The notes beneath the pieces are model-generated. The model did not search any database. It worked only from the letters and a program-made list of their open reading frames with translations, and was not told the origin of the DNA. The translations under genes and the position numbers were made by a program. Of a stretch of DNA of 64,000 nucleotides, positions 20,089 to 30,622 are shown piece after piece. The DNA comes from Thermoplasmata archaeon. Its GTDB lineage: Archaea > Thermoplasmatota > E2 > UBA202 > JdFR-43. Location of the stretch: positions 11,952 through 75,951 of the forward strand of contig JAGGZK010000049.1 of the NCBI GenBank assembly GCA_021162065.1. The letters are read 5' to 3'. Position 1 is the stretch's first letter, and the number at the start of each line of letters is the position of its first letter.

Positions 20089-21059
20089 TGCTGGAGCAAC
20101 TCGACTATAATCTTCCCAGGGAGAGAATTGCACAGAAACCGTGGATTCCAAGGGATGAGTGCAACCTTCTTGTTTTGAATGGAGACGAGATAGAGCACAG
20201 GAAGTTCTATCATATTCTGGATTATGTTGGAAAAGGGGATGTTGTCATAATGAACAACACCCGTGTCATGAAGGTGAGATTGAAGGGGATAAAAGAAACG
20301 GGAGGAAAACTTGATTTGCTGGTGATAGGAAAGGAAGGAGAATATTACAAATGTCTGGTGAAGGGAAAATACAGGGAGGGCACATCCTTTTATCTGGGAG
20401 AGCATAGGGCTACAATAATAAAAAAGGATGAGGGAATGTGTCTCATTTCCATCCCACTTGAAATGGAGGAGATAAAGAAAATGGGCATCATGCCCACTCC
20501 GCCATACATAAAGGAGGAGGTGAGGGATGAAGAGTGGTATCAGACGGTGTTTGCAAGGGAAAAGGGCTCCATAGCAGCACCTACAGCAGGTCTTCATTTC
20601 ACCCCGTCGCTCCTCAAAAGGATGGAGGAGAAAGGAGTGAAAATTGTCTTTATCACCCTCCATGTGGGCCTTGCCACCTTTCTTCCGCCTGAGAGAATAA
20701 GGGAGGCAAGGGAATACTATCGCATTGGGGCCAGAGAGGCGGAAATCATTAACAGTGCTGATGGAAGAGTTATTGCAGTAGGGACAACCACCGTCAAGGC
20801 TCTGGAGAGCGCCTCGGAAAATGGAAGGGTGAGAGCATCTTCCGGCTGGAGCAATCTTTTTATCTCTCCCGGCTATGAATTCCAGTCGCCCATAAACGGA
20901 ATGCTCACCAACTTCCATATGCCAAAGTCATCACCTTTGCTTCTAACAACCGCCTTTGGAGGAGTGGAGAGGGTGATGAAGGCATATGAGGAGGCACTGA
21001 AAAGGGATTACAGATTTCTCAGCTTCGGAGATGCCATGCTCATACTCAAAAATGTTTGA
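20088..21059 (+). CDS. queA: SAM:tRNA ribosyltransferase-isomerase QueA
   Basis: YNLP..RIAQ.P, NNTRV, PPYI, YQTVFA, AAPTAGLHFT, TLHVG..TF, AVGTT, TNFH.PKS, YRFLSFGDAM. Confidence 0.93.
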   Translation: MLEQLDYNLPRERIAQKPWIPRDECNLLVLNGDEIEHRKFYHILDYVGKGDVVIMNNTRVMKVRLKGIKETGGKLDLLVIGKEGEYYKCLVKGKYREGTSFYLGEHRATIIKKDEGMCLISIPLEMEEIKKMGIMPTPPYIKEEVRDEEWYQTVFAREKGSIAAPTAGLHFTPSLLKRMEEKGVKIVFITLHVGLATFLPPERIREAREYYRIGAREAEIINSADGRVIAVGTTTVKALESASENGRVRASSGWSNLFISPGYEFQSPINGMLTNFHMPKSSPLLLTTAFGGVERVMKAYEEALKRDYRFLSFGDAMLILKNV

Positions 21060-22062
21060 AATAACGGCTGAAAATGGAAGGGCAAGAACAGGGGTGCTCA
21101 GAGCGGGCAATATGAGTGTGGAAACTCCCGCCTTTCTCCCGGTGGCGACAAAGGCCTTCATAAAGACTCTGACTCCCGATGAGGCGAAGAGGACAGGGGT
21201 TAAGGCGATAATAGTCAATGCCCTCCACATATACAGGAGAGCGTATGATGTGGTGTCGAAAATAGGGCTGCATGAATTCATGAAATGGGACGGCATAATA
21301 TTTACCGACAGCGGCGGTTTTCAATCCATAAAGAAGTTTCCCGCCGATGCTGGCCAGGACGGCGTAACCTTCATGATGCCCGATGGAAGAAAGGAGATAT
21401 TCACTCCTGAAAAGTCCATGGAGGTGCAGAAGGCGATAGGAAGCGATTTTTTATTTGCCTTGGATGATTGTCCATCATATCCCTACACAAGAGAGAGGGT
21501 GGAGGAATCGGTGGAGAGGACAATAAAATGGGCAAGGAGATGCCAGGGAGAGAGACATTTTGCCATTCTTCAGGGAGGGGTGTATGCAGACCTCAGAAAA
21601 AAATGCGCAAAGGAGATATCGCAGATGGACTTCTTCGGCTTTGCCATAGGTGGGCTCTGCATAGGGGAGCCCAAGGAGGAGATGCACCATATGGTGGATG
21701 TCACAACACCTCTGCTACCAAAGGAAAAACCCCGTCATCTCATGGGAGTGGGCTCGCCGGAGGACATAATGGCATGTGTGGAGAAGGGCATAGATATATT
21801 CGACAGCGCCTTTCCCACGAGAAATGCGAGGCATGGAACCATCTTCACAAGCCATGGAAAAATAAATCTCGGAAAAGGGAAAGTGAGAGGGGATGCCATA
21901 GATGAAGAGTGCAATTGCTACACATGCAGGAACTTCTCCTTAGACTACTTAAACTATCTTTTCAGGGAGAAAGAAACCCTGGGAATGAGGCTCGCCACCA
22001 TACACAATCTTGCCTACATGAACGACCTTATGGAAAGAATAAGGGAGAAGATAAGGGGCTAA
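21052..22062 (+). CDS. tgt: Bacterial-type tRNA-guanine(34) transglycosylase
   Basis: TPAFLPVAT, DSGGFQ, LDDC, QGG, GGLCIGE, HLMGVG, FDS..PTRNARHG, CNCYTC..HNL; ~336 aa with no PUA tail. Confidence 0.9.
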   Translation: MFEITAENGRARTGVLRAGNMSVETPAFLPVATKAFIKTLTPDEAKRTGVKAIIVNALHIYRRAYDVVSKIGLHEFMKWDGIIFTDSGGFQSIKKFPADAGQDGVTFMMPDGRKEIFTPEKSMEVQKAIGSDFLFALDDCPSYPYTRERVEESVERTIKWARRCQGERHFAILQGGVYADLRKKCAKEISQMDFFGFAIGGLCIGEPKEEMHHMVDVTTPLLPKEKPRHLMGVGSPEDIMACVEKGIDIFDSAFPTRNARHGTIFTSHGKINLGKGKVRGDAIDEECNCYTCRNFSLDYLNYLFREKETLGMRLATIHNLAYMNDLMERIREKIRG

Positions 22063-22664
22063 ACATTTCTGAGCATCACCACCTCTATATTGCCGTGATA
22101 GAAGGCTGCCCTCTCCACCACCGGGAGATTGAATTCCTCTATTATCCCCTCCATGTATCCTCTCCCTTCATATCTTTTGTAATTCCTGTGATGCTCCTCT
22201 GCCGCCATTCTTTCTACCATCTTAACGAAACGGGAAAGCATTCTCCCCTTCCTGCCTCTTGGAGCGCCGTAATCTGCTATTATTATGCCCCCGCCTTCCC
22301 TCACCACCCTTCTTGCCTCATCGGCGATTTTTCTTATGGATGCCATATCATTCAGATGAAAAACGAAGGAGAGTAAAGCGCAGTCAAAGGTGCTGGAAGG
22401 AAAGGAAAGATGTGCGATATCTCCCCTGACGCATTCAAGGCCCTTTTTTCTTGCCCTGAAAAGCATGTATGGATTTATATCGATACCCGCCACATCCAAG
22501 CCATTTTTACGGAGGAGGGAGCACTGCATTCCTGTTCCGCATCCCATATCCAGAATGTTTCTGCACCCATGTTTTTTCACCATCTCAACAACTTTTCTCT
22601 GCACTCTGTGGAGGATTGGTCCGAAAAGAGCATCATAAAGCCATGCCATCCGTCCCTCTCCCAT
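22059..22664 (-). CDS. Class I SAM-dependent methyltransferase
   Basis: ILDMGCGTG, GIDIN, GD...L.F..STFD. Confidence 0.85.
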   Translation of the reverse strand: MGEGRMAWLYDALFGPILHRVQRKVVEMVKKHGCRNILDMGCGTGMQCSLLRKNGLDVAGIDINPYMLFRARKKGLECVRGDIAHLSFPSSTFDCALLSFVFHLNDMASIRKIADEARRVVREGGGIIIADYGAPRGRKGRMLSRFVKMVERMAAEEHHRNYKRYEGRGYMEGIIEEFNLPVVERAAFYHGNIEVVMLRNV

Positions 22665-22670
22665 TTGATC

Positions 22671-23699
22671 TCATCTCCAGGGCTCTATTATCACCTTTAT
22701 GGAGTCCTTTGCTTCCGCCACCAGTTGAAAGCCCTCGCCAGCTTTATCTATGGAAAGGCGATGGGTTATCATATCCTCCACCTTTATTTTCCCACTGGCT
22801 ATTAAATCAATTGCCTTCTGTAAGTCTGAAGGGGAAGCGGCATATGTGGATTTTATCGTCACCCCATCATGCCAGAGGTCAATTATTGGAAAGGGAATCT
22901 CCACTCCCGGCTCGGCAGGGGCAAAGAGAAGGATTGTTCCCCCTCTTCCTATGAGTTCAAATGCCTGTTTGAATGCGGGGGGAGCGCCAGTGCATATGGA
23001 TATGAAATCCGGAAGCATGCCATTATTTGCTTCCCTTATCTTTTTCTCGAGATTTGGGTCGTTGGCAAGGAGGGTGGCATGCGCTCCATATTCCCTCGCC
23101 TTTTCAAGGCGGAATGGGTTTATGTCCGTCGTTATTATTCTACTGGCACCCATTGCCTTGGCCAGTTTCACATGCAGCAACCCCGTTATTCCGCTTCCGA
23201 TGATGAGTATGCTCTGCCCCTTTTTGAATTCCGCAATTCTCAACCCTCTGACAACGCAGCCCAGCGGCTCTATGAAAACCGCCTGCTCGTAGCTCATGTT
23301 TTGAGGCAACAAAAAGGTCCCCTTCTCCACATTTATGGCCGGCACCCTTAAGTATTGAGAGAAGCCACCCGGATAGAAGTTGGTGGAGCGGAGCGTATCG
23401 CAGAGCGTCTCCTGCCCGTTGAGGCAATATCTGCACTCTCCACATGGAACATGATGGGAGACAAAAACTCTGTCCCCTTCGCTGAAATTCTTCACTTTCT
23501 CCCCAACCTTCACAATTTCTCCCACCATTTCATGCCCAAGGACTCGGGGCGCCTTCTTTATGCGATACCACTCCATGACATCGCTCCCGCATATGCCACA
23601 TGCCATAACTTTGACGAGCAACTCATCATCTCCTATCTCCGGCACGGGCATTTCCTCCACTCTGACATCGCTGTTGTTGTAATACATGGCAACCTTCAT
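22671..23699 (-). CDS. Zn-dependent MDR dehydrogenase (sorbitol/threonine DH-like)
   Basis: CGICGSD, GHE, CGECRYC..C, IGSGITG. Confidence 0.9.
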   Translation of the reverse strand: MKVAMYYNNSDVRVEEMPVPEIGDDELLVKVMACGICGSDVMEWYRIKKAPRVLGHEMVGEIVKVGEKVKNFSEGDRVFVSHHVPCGECRYCLNGQETLCDTLRSTNFYPGGFSQYLRVPAINVEKGTFLLPQNMSYEQAVFIEPLGCVVRGLRIAEFKKGQSILIIGSGITGLLHVKLAKAMGASRIITTDINPFRLEKAREYGAHATLLANDPNLEKKIREANNGMLPDFISICTGAPPAFKQAFELIGRGGTILLFAPAEPGVEIPFPIIDLWHDGVTIKSTYAASPSDLQKAIDLIASGKIKVEDMITHRLSIDKAGEGFQLVAEAKDSIKVIIEPWR

Positions 23700-23775
23700 G
23701 AAGCCATATCCTGAAAAAGTTTTAAAGATTATGCACTATCATCAGGCAAACTTTAAATATCCCTCCTGCCTTGAA

Positions 23776-24213
23776 ATGAACATGCGTATAAAGAATATGG
23801 AAGTGAGGAGCATAGAGGCGAAGAGATATGTCAGAGACCTGTCCAAGCCCATGAATATAAGGATAGACCACAACAGCAGCGTGGTGAACTTCACCTACAT
23901 GGCGAAGAATGAGGCCCATGTGGAGTTTGAGTATATAACAAGTTATGGTGCCATAGGGGTAATAAAGTTCGAAGGAGATTTTGTTTTTGAGGACGAAAAG
24001 GCTGAGGATATTGCAAAGAGATGGCAGAGCAAGAAGAACATGCCCAATGAGGTGGCGTCCCAGATACATACCGCCATAATGCATTATTGCTTGCCCCAGG
24101 CAGTCATGCTGGCGAGAGAGCTTAAACTGCCGCCCCCCATACCGCTTCCGCAGATAAAGTTCGAGAAGGATGCGGGCAAGAAGGGAAAAGCATTTGGCCC
24201 TGAAGTTGCATAA
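23776..24213 (+). CDS. Conserved archaeal hypothetical protein (possibly SecB-like fold)
   Basis: Beta-rich N-terminus then helix ..ARELKLPPPIPLP; TTTAAATA upstream of ATG 23776. Confidence 0.65.
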   Translation: MNMRIKNMEVRSIEAKRYVRDLSKPMNIRIDHNSSVVNFTYMAKNEAHVEFEYITSYGAIGVIKFEGDFVFEDEKAEDIAKRWQSKKNMPNEVASQIHTAIMHYCLPQAVMLARELKLPPPIPLPQIKFEKDAGKKGKAFGPEVA

Positions 24214-24245
24214 AATATTTTAACGCATCCTCAATTCTCCTTCAA

Positions 24246-27200
24246 ATGGACGCCAGAAAATATCCAGAGATGGAGGAAGAGATTCTCAGATACTGGGAGG
24301 AAAACAGTATCTTCCAGAAGAGCCTGGAGAAAAGGAAAGGGGGCAAGAAATTCGTTTTTCTTGAAGGCCCTCCCACAGCCAATGGGTTGCCGCATCCAGG
24401 CCATGTCCTCACAAGAACCATGAAGGATGTGGTGCTCCGCTACAAAAGCATGCAGGGGTATTATGTGGAGAGAAAGGCGGGATGGGATACCCACGGGCTG
24501 CCAGTGGAGATAGAAGTGGAGAAGATGCTGGGGCTGAGCAACAAGCAGGATGTGGAAAAGTATGGCATAGAGAAGTTTAACGAAGAATGCAAAAAGAGTG
24601 TTTTCAGATACGAGAAGGCATGGAAGGATATGACAAGGCGCGTCGGCTTCTGGATTGATATGGAAAATCCCTACATCACCCTCAACAATACCTACATAGA
24701 GTCGGTATGGTGGTCCCTCAAAGAGGCATGGAAGAAGGGTTTGCTTTATCGTGGCCATAGAGTAACGCCCTACTGTCCAAGATGTGGAACAACGCTGTCA
24801 TCCCATGAGGTGGCCCAGGGCTATAAGGAAGTTGAAGACCCCTCCATATTCGTTAAGTTTAAGGTGAAGGGAAAAGATGAGTATTTCCTGGCATGGACAA
24901 CAACTCCATGGACTCTAATCTCCAATGTTGCCCTTGCCGTAAATCCGGAGGAGTGGTATGTGAAGATAAAATACAATGGCGAAATTTTTATCCTCGCGGA
25001 GCAGCGGGCGGCGGTGCTGCTGAAAAATGAAGAATATGAGGAGATTGACAGATTTTATGGAAAAGAGTTAGAGGGTATGGAATATGAGCCCCTTTACAGA
25101 TTCACGGAGCCGGATAAGAAATGCTGGTTTGTTATTCTTGCAGACTTTGTCACCATGGACGACGGCACTGGCATAGTCCATATAGCCCCGGCCTTTGGTG
25201 AGGAGGACTATGAGGCAGGGAAGAAATATGACCTGCCGGTGGTGCAGCTTGTTGACATGGAGGGAAAATTCAAGCCAGAAGTTAAACCCTGGGCGGGGAA
25301 ATTTGTGAAGGATGCCGACAGGGAGATAATAGAGGATTTGAGAAAGCGCAACATTCTGGTAAGCGAGCATCGCCATAAACATCAGTATCCATTCTGCTGG
25401 AGATGCGACTCTCCCCTTCTATATTATGCCGTTGAATCATGGTTCGTCGGCATGTCCAAGTTGAGGAAGGAGCTGGTGGCGAACAATGAGAAGATAAACT
25501 GGTATCCGGAGTATATAAAGCACGGGAGATTTGGAGAGTTCATAAAGGAGGCGAGGGACTGGGCTCTTTCCCGTAAAAGATTCTGGGGCACCCCCCTGCC
25601 CATCTGGGTCTGCCAGGATTGCGGAAAGGAAATATGCATTGGAAGCGTTGAAGAATTAAAGGAAATGGCGGAGGAGATGCCGGAGCATCTTGACCTGCAC
25701 CGCCCCTATGTGGACAGAATTGTGCTCAAATGTCCCGAATGCGGGGGAAAAATGAAGAGGGTGGAGGAGGTGATAGATGCGTGGTATGACTCCGGCTCCG
25801 CTCCCTTCGCCCAGTGGCATTACCCCTTTGAAAATGAGGAGAAGTTCAAGGAGAACTTCCCCGCTGACTTCATATGCGAAGCCATAGACCAGACGAGGGG
25901 CTGGTTCTACTCCCTGCTCGCCGTTTCCACCGTGGTTTTCAACGAGGCGCCTTACAGAAATGTGCTAACCCTCGGCCTAATCCTGGATGAGAAGGGACAA
26001 AAAATGTCCAAAAAGATGAGAAACTATGTTGAGCCCACGGAGATTTTTGAGAAGTACGGCAGCGATGCATTAAGATGGTATCTCATAACGGCCTCGCCCC
26101 CCTGGCAGCCGAAGAGATTTTATGAGAAGGCGGTGAAGGACACGCTCAGCAAATTCCTGCTTACCCTGTGGAATGTGTTCTCCTTCTACAGCACCTACTC
26201 ATCTCTGGACGATTTTGATTACAGCAGAGATGCCGTTTCTGTTGAGAGAAGAACTCTCCTGGACCGCTGGATTCTCTCGAGATTGAACAGTGTTGTTATG
26301 GGGGTAAAAGAAAAAATGGATGGGTTCGAGGTGCACAAGGCGGGCAGGCTGCTGGAGGATTTCATAGTGGAGGATTTGAGCAACTGGTACGTGAGAAACT
26401 CCCGCAAAAGATTCTGGAGCGAGGAGAGGGATGAGGCAAAGATGGCCGGCTACTCCACGCTTTATGAAGTGCTCACCACCATTGCAAAACTCATAGCCCC
26501 CTTCACCCCCTTCATAGCAGAGCGAATATATCTGGATATGGAGAGGGGAGAGAGCGTTCATCTCTGCGATTATCCCACGCCAAATAAAACCATGATTGAC
26601 AAAGGGCTTGAGGAAAGGATGGAGATGGTCAGAAAAATCGTGGAGGAGGCAAGGGCTCTGAGGGCAAAGGCAGGGATAAAGTTGAGATATCCTCTTCAAG
26701 AAGTGATGATTTTGGCCCCGCAAAATCTCCAGGAAATGGAGGGAATCATAAGGGAGGAGATAAATGTTAAGGAGGTGAAATTTGTCTCGGACATCCATCA
26801 CTTCATGGAGAAAAAGGCGAGGCCGAATTACTCAAAACTCGGCCCCAAATACAGGGAAATGGCAAGAAAGGTGGCGGAGGCAATAGAAAAGGAAAAGGCG
26901 CTGGAGCCGGGAATGAAGGTGGAAGTGGATGGCAAGACATATGAGATAGAGGAGGATGACATCATTCTGGAGGAGGTGCCAAAGGAGGGGTATGAAGTTG
27001 GAGAGGTGGATGGAATAAAAATTGCCCTGAATATTGTTCAGACACCCGAACTCATAAAGGAGGGCTTTGCGAGAGAGATAATCAGAAGAATACAGGAGAT
27101 GAGAAAGGAGATGGACCTGGAGATGGAGGAAAGGATAGAAGTGGAAATGGATGCCAATGAAGAAATGCTGGAAGGGTGGCTCGAGTATGTAAAAAATGAG

Positions 27201-27305
27201 ACGAGAAGCAGGGAGATAAGATTTGTTGCCGAGCCCAAAGGAGAGCATGTCAAAAAGTGGAAGATTGACGAAAAGGAGATAACCATAGGAATAAGAAGGG
27301 CATAG
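24246..27305 (+). CDS. ileS: Isoleucine-tRNA ligase (type 2)
   Basis: GPPTANG.PHPGH, GWDTHGLP, WTTTPWT, GTGIVHIAP, DQTRGWFY, KMSKK. Confidence 0.96.
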   Translation: MDARKYPEMEEEILRYWEENSIFQKSLEKRKGGKKFVFLEGPPTANGLPHPGHVLTRTMKDVVLRYKSMQGYYVERKAGWDTHGLPVEIEVEKMLGLSNKQDVEKYGIEKFNEECKKSVFRYEKAWKDMTRRVGFWIDMENPYITLNNTYIESVWWSLKEAWKKGLLYRGHRVTPYCPRCGTTLSSHEVAQGYKEVEDPSIFVKFKVKGKDEYFLAWTTTPWTLISNVALAVNPEEWYVKIKYNGEIFILAEQRAAVLLKNEEYEEIDRFYGKELEGMEYEPLYRFTEPDKKCWFVILADFVTMDDGTGIVHIAPAFGEEDYEAGKKYDLPVVQLVDMEGKFKPEVKPWAGKFVKDADREIIEDLRKRNILVSEHRHKHQYPFCWRCDSPLLYYAVESWFVGMSKLRKELVANNEKINWYPEYIKHGRFGEFIKEARDWALSRKRFWGTPLPIWVCQDCGKEICIGSVEELKEMAEEMPEHLDLHRPYVDRIVLKCPECGGKMKRVEEVIDAWYDSGSAPFAQWHYPFENEEKFKENFPADFICEAIDQTRGWFYSLLAVSTVVFNEAPYRNVLTLGLILDEKGQKMSKKMRNYVEPTEIFEKYGSDALRWYLITASPPWQPKRFYEKAVKDTLSKFLLTLWNVFSFYSTYSSLDDFDYSRDAVSVERRTLLDRWILSRLNSVVMGVKEKMDGFEVHKAGRLLEDFIVEDLSNWYVRNSRKRFWSEERDEAKMAGYSTLYEVLTTIAKLIAPFTPFIAERIYLDMERGESVHLCDYPTPNKTMIDKGLEERMEMVRKIVEEARALRAKAGIKLRYPLQEVMILAPQNLQEMEGIIREEINVKEVKFVSDIHHFMEKKARPNYSKLGPKYREMARKVAEAIEKEKALEPGMKVEVDGKTYEIEEDDIILEEVPKEGYEVGEVDGIKIALNIVQTPELIKEGFAREIIRRIQEMRKEMDLEMEERIEVEMDANEEMLEGWLEYVKNETRSREIRFVAEPKGEHVKKWKIDEKEITIGIRRA

Positions 27306-27318
27306 TCTCAAAAATTTT

Positions 27319-27858
27319 TTAACCTTCTTCCCACCAGATTTCAATCCCTCCCGCATATCCTATAAAAACATCCATGCAGAAAAAAGGATATCCAATTGGT
27401 TTTATGATTGTTGGCAACTGCAGCCATATTCCTGTAAAGTTTTCCATCAGCATATAGAAGGATTTTCCAGTATCTCTGGACCACACTGCCCACTTCTCCT
27501 CCAATCTGTATGTCCATACATACCCCAGAGCCCCATAGGCCATCATATATCTCAGATGGGGCATCTTCATTCCCGGAATGTTGTTTGATATCAAAATATA
27601 AATCAGCATAACTGTAAAAAGCACCACATCTGTTATTATAATGATATGTTCCAGTAAAAAGAGCATAAATTTTATGATCATATCGCCCGCTGAACCTTCG
27701 TCAGGAAAAAAACCAATGCCAAACACCAGACAATTATGGTTCTCCATCTCATTTATGGTATTTGCATCATTTTTGTTTGCATCCTTATAAACGGCCGATG
27801 AAAAAGACGGAATCACAATGCAGAATACAAGAGCAATTGCAATGATTTTCTTAATCAT
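27319..27858 (-). CDS. AT-rich hypothetical secreted/membrane protein
   Basis: MIKK plus hydrophobic signal, an internal TM segment; visibly AT-richer than its neighbours. Confidence 0.65.
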   Translation of the reverse strand: MIKKIIAIALVFCIVIPSFSSAVYKDANKNDANTINEMENHNCLVFGIGFFPDEGSAGDMIIKFMLFLLEHIIIITDVVLFTVMLIYILISNNIPGMKMPHLRYMMAYGALGYVWTYRLEEKWAVWSRDTGKSFYMLMENFTGIWLQLPTIIKPIGYPFFCMDVFIGYAGGIEIWWEEG

Positions 27859-28086
27859 TGAATTTAGATAATTTAAATAAATTTAAATTTTTTCAGATTG
27901 GAGGGGTTGCCAGATTTTGTGGCGGATGAAAAATATGGAATTGAAAAAACGTCATCGCGGAAATCATCGCCCTCAGAGATACTTTAACCGGTAAAGAAAA
28001 TAAACGCCTTTCAATCGCTTCCGTTCCATTAAATTCCCTGAATTGCTCTCACCAAAAAGATTTATATCTCTCCATATATCACACTC

Positions 28087-29079
28087 ATGGATATTGAAAA
28101 ACTTCGCTTTGGAACAGAACTCATCAAAAGAGGCTTTGCGAAAATGCAGAAGGGCGGCGTCATCATGGATGTCACCAACTCACAGCAGGCGGAGGTGGCC
28201 GAGCAGGCGGGGGCGGTGGCGGTGATGGCGCTCCATAGAGTGCCTGCGGACATAAGAGCAGAGGGTGGCGTGGCGAGAATGGCCGACCCCAGAAAAATAG
28301 AGGAGATTATGGATGCTGTCACCATACCCGTGATGGCTAAATGCAGGATAGGTCACATTCTTGAGGCAAGGGCGCTGGAGGCGCTGGGAGTAGACATGGT
28401 TGATGAGAGTGAAGTGCTTACTCCCGCTGATGTATTCTTCCACATAGACAAGAGAGAGTTTGTTGTCCCCTTTGTCTGCGGAGCAAGAAGCCTGGGAGAG
28501 GCGGTTCGTCGCATATGGGAGGGGGCTGCGATGATAAGAACCAAGGGAGAGGCAGGGACAGGCAACGTGGTGGAGGCGGTTCGCCACATGCGCCTCATGA
28601 ATTATGCCATTGAGAGGGTCAAGGAGATGGATGAGGGAGAGATATCTCAACTGGCTCAAAAATATGCCATGCCCTATCGCCGCCTGGCGGATGCGATAAA
28701 GGATGAGGGAATAAAAATAGATGATGACGACCCCATCTTCGGAAAATACAGCCTCGAGGAAATAGTCAAGGGGCTTACGGAGGTGCTGAAGGAGGTAAAG
28801 GATATGGGACGCCTTCCCGTGGTGAATTTTGCAGCCGGGGGCATAGCCACGCCCGCCGATGCGGCCTTCATGATGATGCTGGGCTCCGATGGCGTATTTG
28901 TTGGCTCGGGAATATTTAAGTCATCCAATCCGCCGGAATATGCTAGGGCGATAGTGGAGGCAGTGGAGAACTGGGAAAAGGCAGATGTGGTGGCTGAGGT
29001 ATCGAAAGGTCTTGGAGAGGCGATGAAGGGCCAGGAGATAGACAAACTGGAGGAGAAGCTGCAGACAAGGGGATTATGA
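28087..29079 (+). CDS. pdxS: PLP synthase subunit PdxS
   Basis: [35 protein letters not shown]. Confidence 0.96.
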   Translation: MDIEKLRFGTELIKRGFAKMQKGGVIMDVTNSQQAEVAEQAGAVAVMALHRVPADIRAEGGVARMADPRKIEEIMDAVTIPVMAKCRIGHILEARALEALGVDMVDESEVLTPADVFFHIDKREFVVPFVCGARSLGEAVRRIWEGAAMIRTKGEAGTGNVVEAVRHMRLMNYAIERVKEMDEGEISQLAQKYAMPYRRLADAIKDEGIKIDDDDPIFGKYSLEEIVKGLTEVLKEVKDMGRLPVVNFAAGGIATPADAAFMMMLGSDGVFVGSGIFKSSNPPEYARAIVEAVENWEKADVVAEVSKGLGEAMKGQEIDKLEEKLQTRGL

Positions 29080-29666
29080 GGGTTGCGGTAATAGCAGTGC
29101 AGGGGGCGGTAAGCGAGCATGTGGAGGCCGTTGAAAGGGCGATGGAAAGGATGGGAGTAGACGGCAGAGCCATCGCCACCCTCAAACCGGAAGAGGTGAG
29201 GGAGAGTGATGCAATCATTTTGCCTGGAGGGGAAAGCACCACCATAGGTAAACTCATATGGAAAAATGGCATAGCGGAGGAGATAATAAGGGCAGCCAAC
29301 GACGGCAGGCCAGTGATGGGAACATGCGCGGGGTGCATTTTAATGGCAAAGCATGGGGATGAGCAGATTGAAAGAACAGGGACGAGGTTGCTTGGATTGA
29401 TGAACATATGGGTTAAAAGAAACGCCTTCGGGAGGCAGAGGGAGAGCTTTCAGACCATGCTGAAAATAAAGCACATAGGCGATTTCGAGGGCGTCTTCAT
29501 AAGGGCGCCGGCCATTCTTAAGGCGGGGGAAGAGGTGGAGGTGCTTTCCACCCTGGAGGAATACATAGTGGGCGCTAAACAGAACAATATGCTGGCCCTT
29601 GCCTTTCATCCAGAACTGACAGGGGACACCAGAATTCATGAATATTTCATCAGAATGGCTTTATGA
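29076..29666 (+). CDS. pdxT: PLP synthase glutaminase PdxT
   Basis: QGAVSEH, PGGESTT, GTCAG, RNAFGRQ, FIRAP, FHPEL. Confidence 0.96.
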   Translation: MRVAVIAVQGAVSEHVEAVERAMERMGVDGRAIATLKPEEVRESDAIILPGGESTTIGKLIWKNGIAEEIIRAANDGRPVMGTCAGCILMAKHGDEQIERTGTRLLGLMNIWVKRNAFGRQRESFQTMLKIKHIGDFEGVFIRAPAILKAGEEVEVLSTLEEYIVGAKQNNMLALAFHPELTGDTRIHEYFIRMAL

Positions 29667-30222
29667 TGCCCGCATGCTCCAGCGCCTTTCTGACATCCTT
29701 TTCAAAATATTCGGTGAGGGCCCTGTTGTATATGCAGGCGGCGGGGTGGAAAGTGGGAATTATTTTGATTGCATGAAGGGGACTTTCAAAGATTCTGCCC
29801 CTTATGGCGGTTATTTTTCCGTCCCTGAAACCGTGCATTTTTAGTAATGCCGAGGAGGCGAAATTTCCCATAGCAAGGATGATTATTGGCCTCACCACAT
29901 CAATCTGCCTCTGAAGATACGGAAGGCATTTCTCTATCTCCTCCTCCCTCGGATTCCTATTGCCGGGCGGCCTGCACTTCACCACATTTGTTATGTAAAT
30001 TTCTTCCCTCCCCACCCCATTTTTTTTCAATGTTTCAGTGAGCAATTTTCCCGCTGCCCCCACAAAGGGGCGACCTTCCACATCCTCCTTCCTGCCCGGC
30101 GCCTCCCCCACCAGCATGAGGGATGCATCGCTGCACCCCTCTCCCGGCACGGCGTTGGTACGGGTCTTCCAGAGAGGGCATTTTCTGCACTGCCTTATCT
30201 CCTCTTCAATTTCCTGCAGCAT
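29650..30222 (-). CDS. Uracil-DNA glycosylase, family 4
   Basis: CRKC.L, GEAPG..ED..GRPFVG, NVVKCRPP, TFHPAA. Confidence 0.93.
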   Translation of the reverse strand: MLQEIEEEIRQCRKCPLWKTRTNAVPGEGCSDASLMLVGEAPGRKEDVEGRPFVGAAGKLLTETLKKNGVGREEIYITNVVKCRPPGNRNPREEEIEKCLPYLQRQIDVVRPIIILAMGNFASSALLKMHGFRDGKITAIRGRIFESPLHAIKIIPTFHPAACIYNRALTEYFEKDVRKALEHAGIIKPF

Positions 30223-30538
30223 TTCTTCTCCTCTCCTTTATTTCCCTTATGTAGGGGTATCTTTTCTTTCCTCCACAGTTGTAGCATGTTATCACAACCC
30301 TGTGCTTTTTGAGTCTGACCCTGCATGTTTTTCCGGGAAGGAGATATGAGTTGCATTTTCTGCAGAACCTGTGCCTGTACTGTTTCGGTATTCTGACGAG
30401 ATACCTCATGGCTATCTTTCTTGCAAGATAGACATAGCGATTTGCCAGTTCCAGACGTCCCTCCATTGCCCTTCTGTCCGCCTCCCTGAAAAGATGATGT
30501 ATTCTCTGTCTGGCGATGGCCCTCCTCTCTCTCTTCAC
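30206..30538 (-). CDS. rnp4: RNase P protein component 4 (Rpp21)
   Basis: IARQRI..LF, RYV.LARKI, FCRKC..LLPG, TCYNCG..RYP; probable GTG start at 30538. Confidence 0.9.
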   Translation of the reverse strand: MKRERRAIARQRIHHLFREADRRAMEGRLELANRYVYLARKIAMRYLVRIPKQYRHRFCRKCNSYLLPGKTCRVRLKKHRVVITCYNCGGKKRYPYIREIKERRRNAAGN

Positions 30539-30622
30539 ATTTCTGAAGGAAAAATCATTACTTATGGTTTGTGAAAGATGATGCCATGGTGACCAAAAAA
30601 ATATATATCTCTCTAAGGCATT

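Noticed and set aside
28600..28800. Insertion in PdxS
   Set aside because: Similar insertions are known in archaeal PdxS such as Thermococcales; no intein motifs
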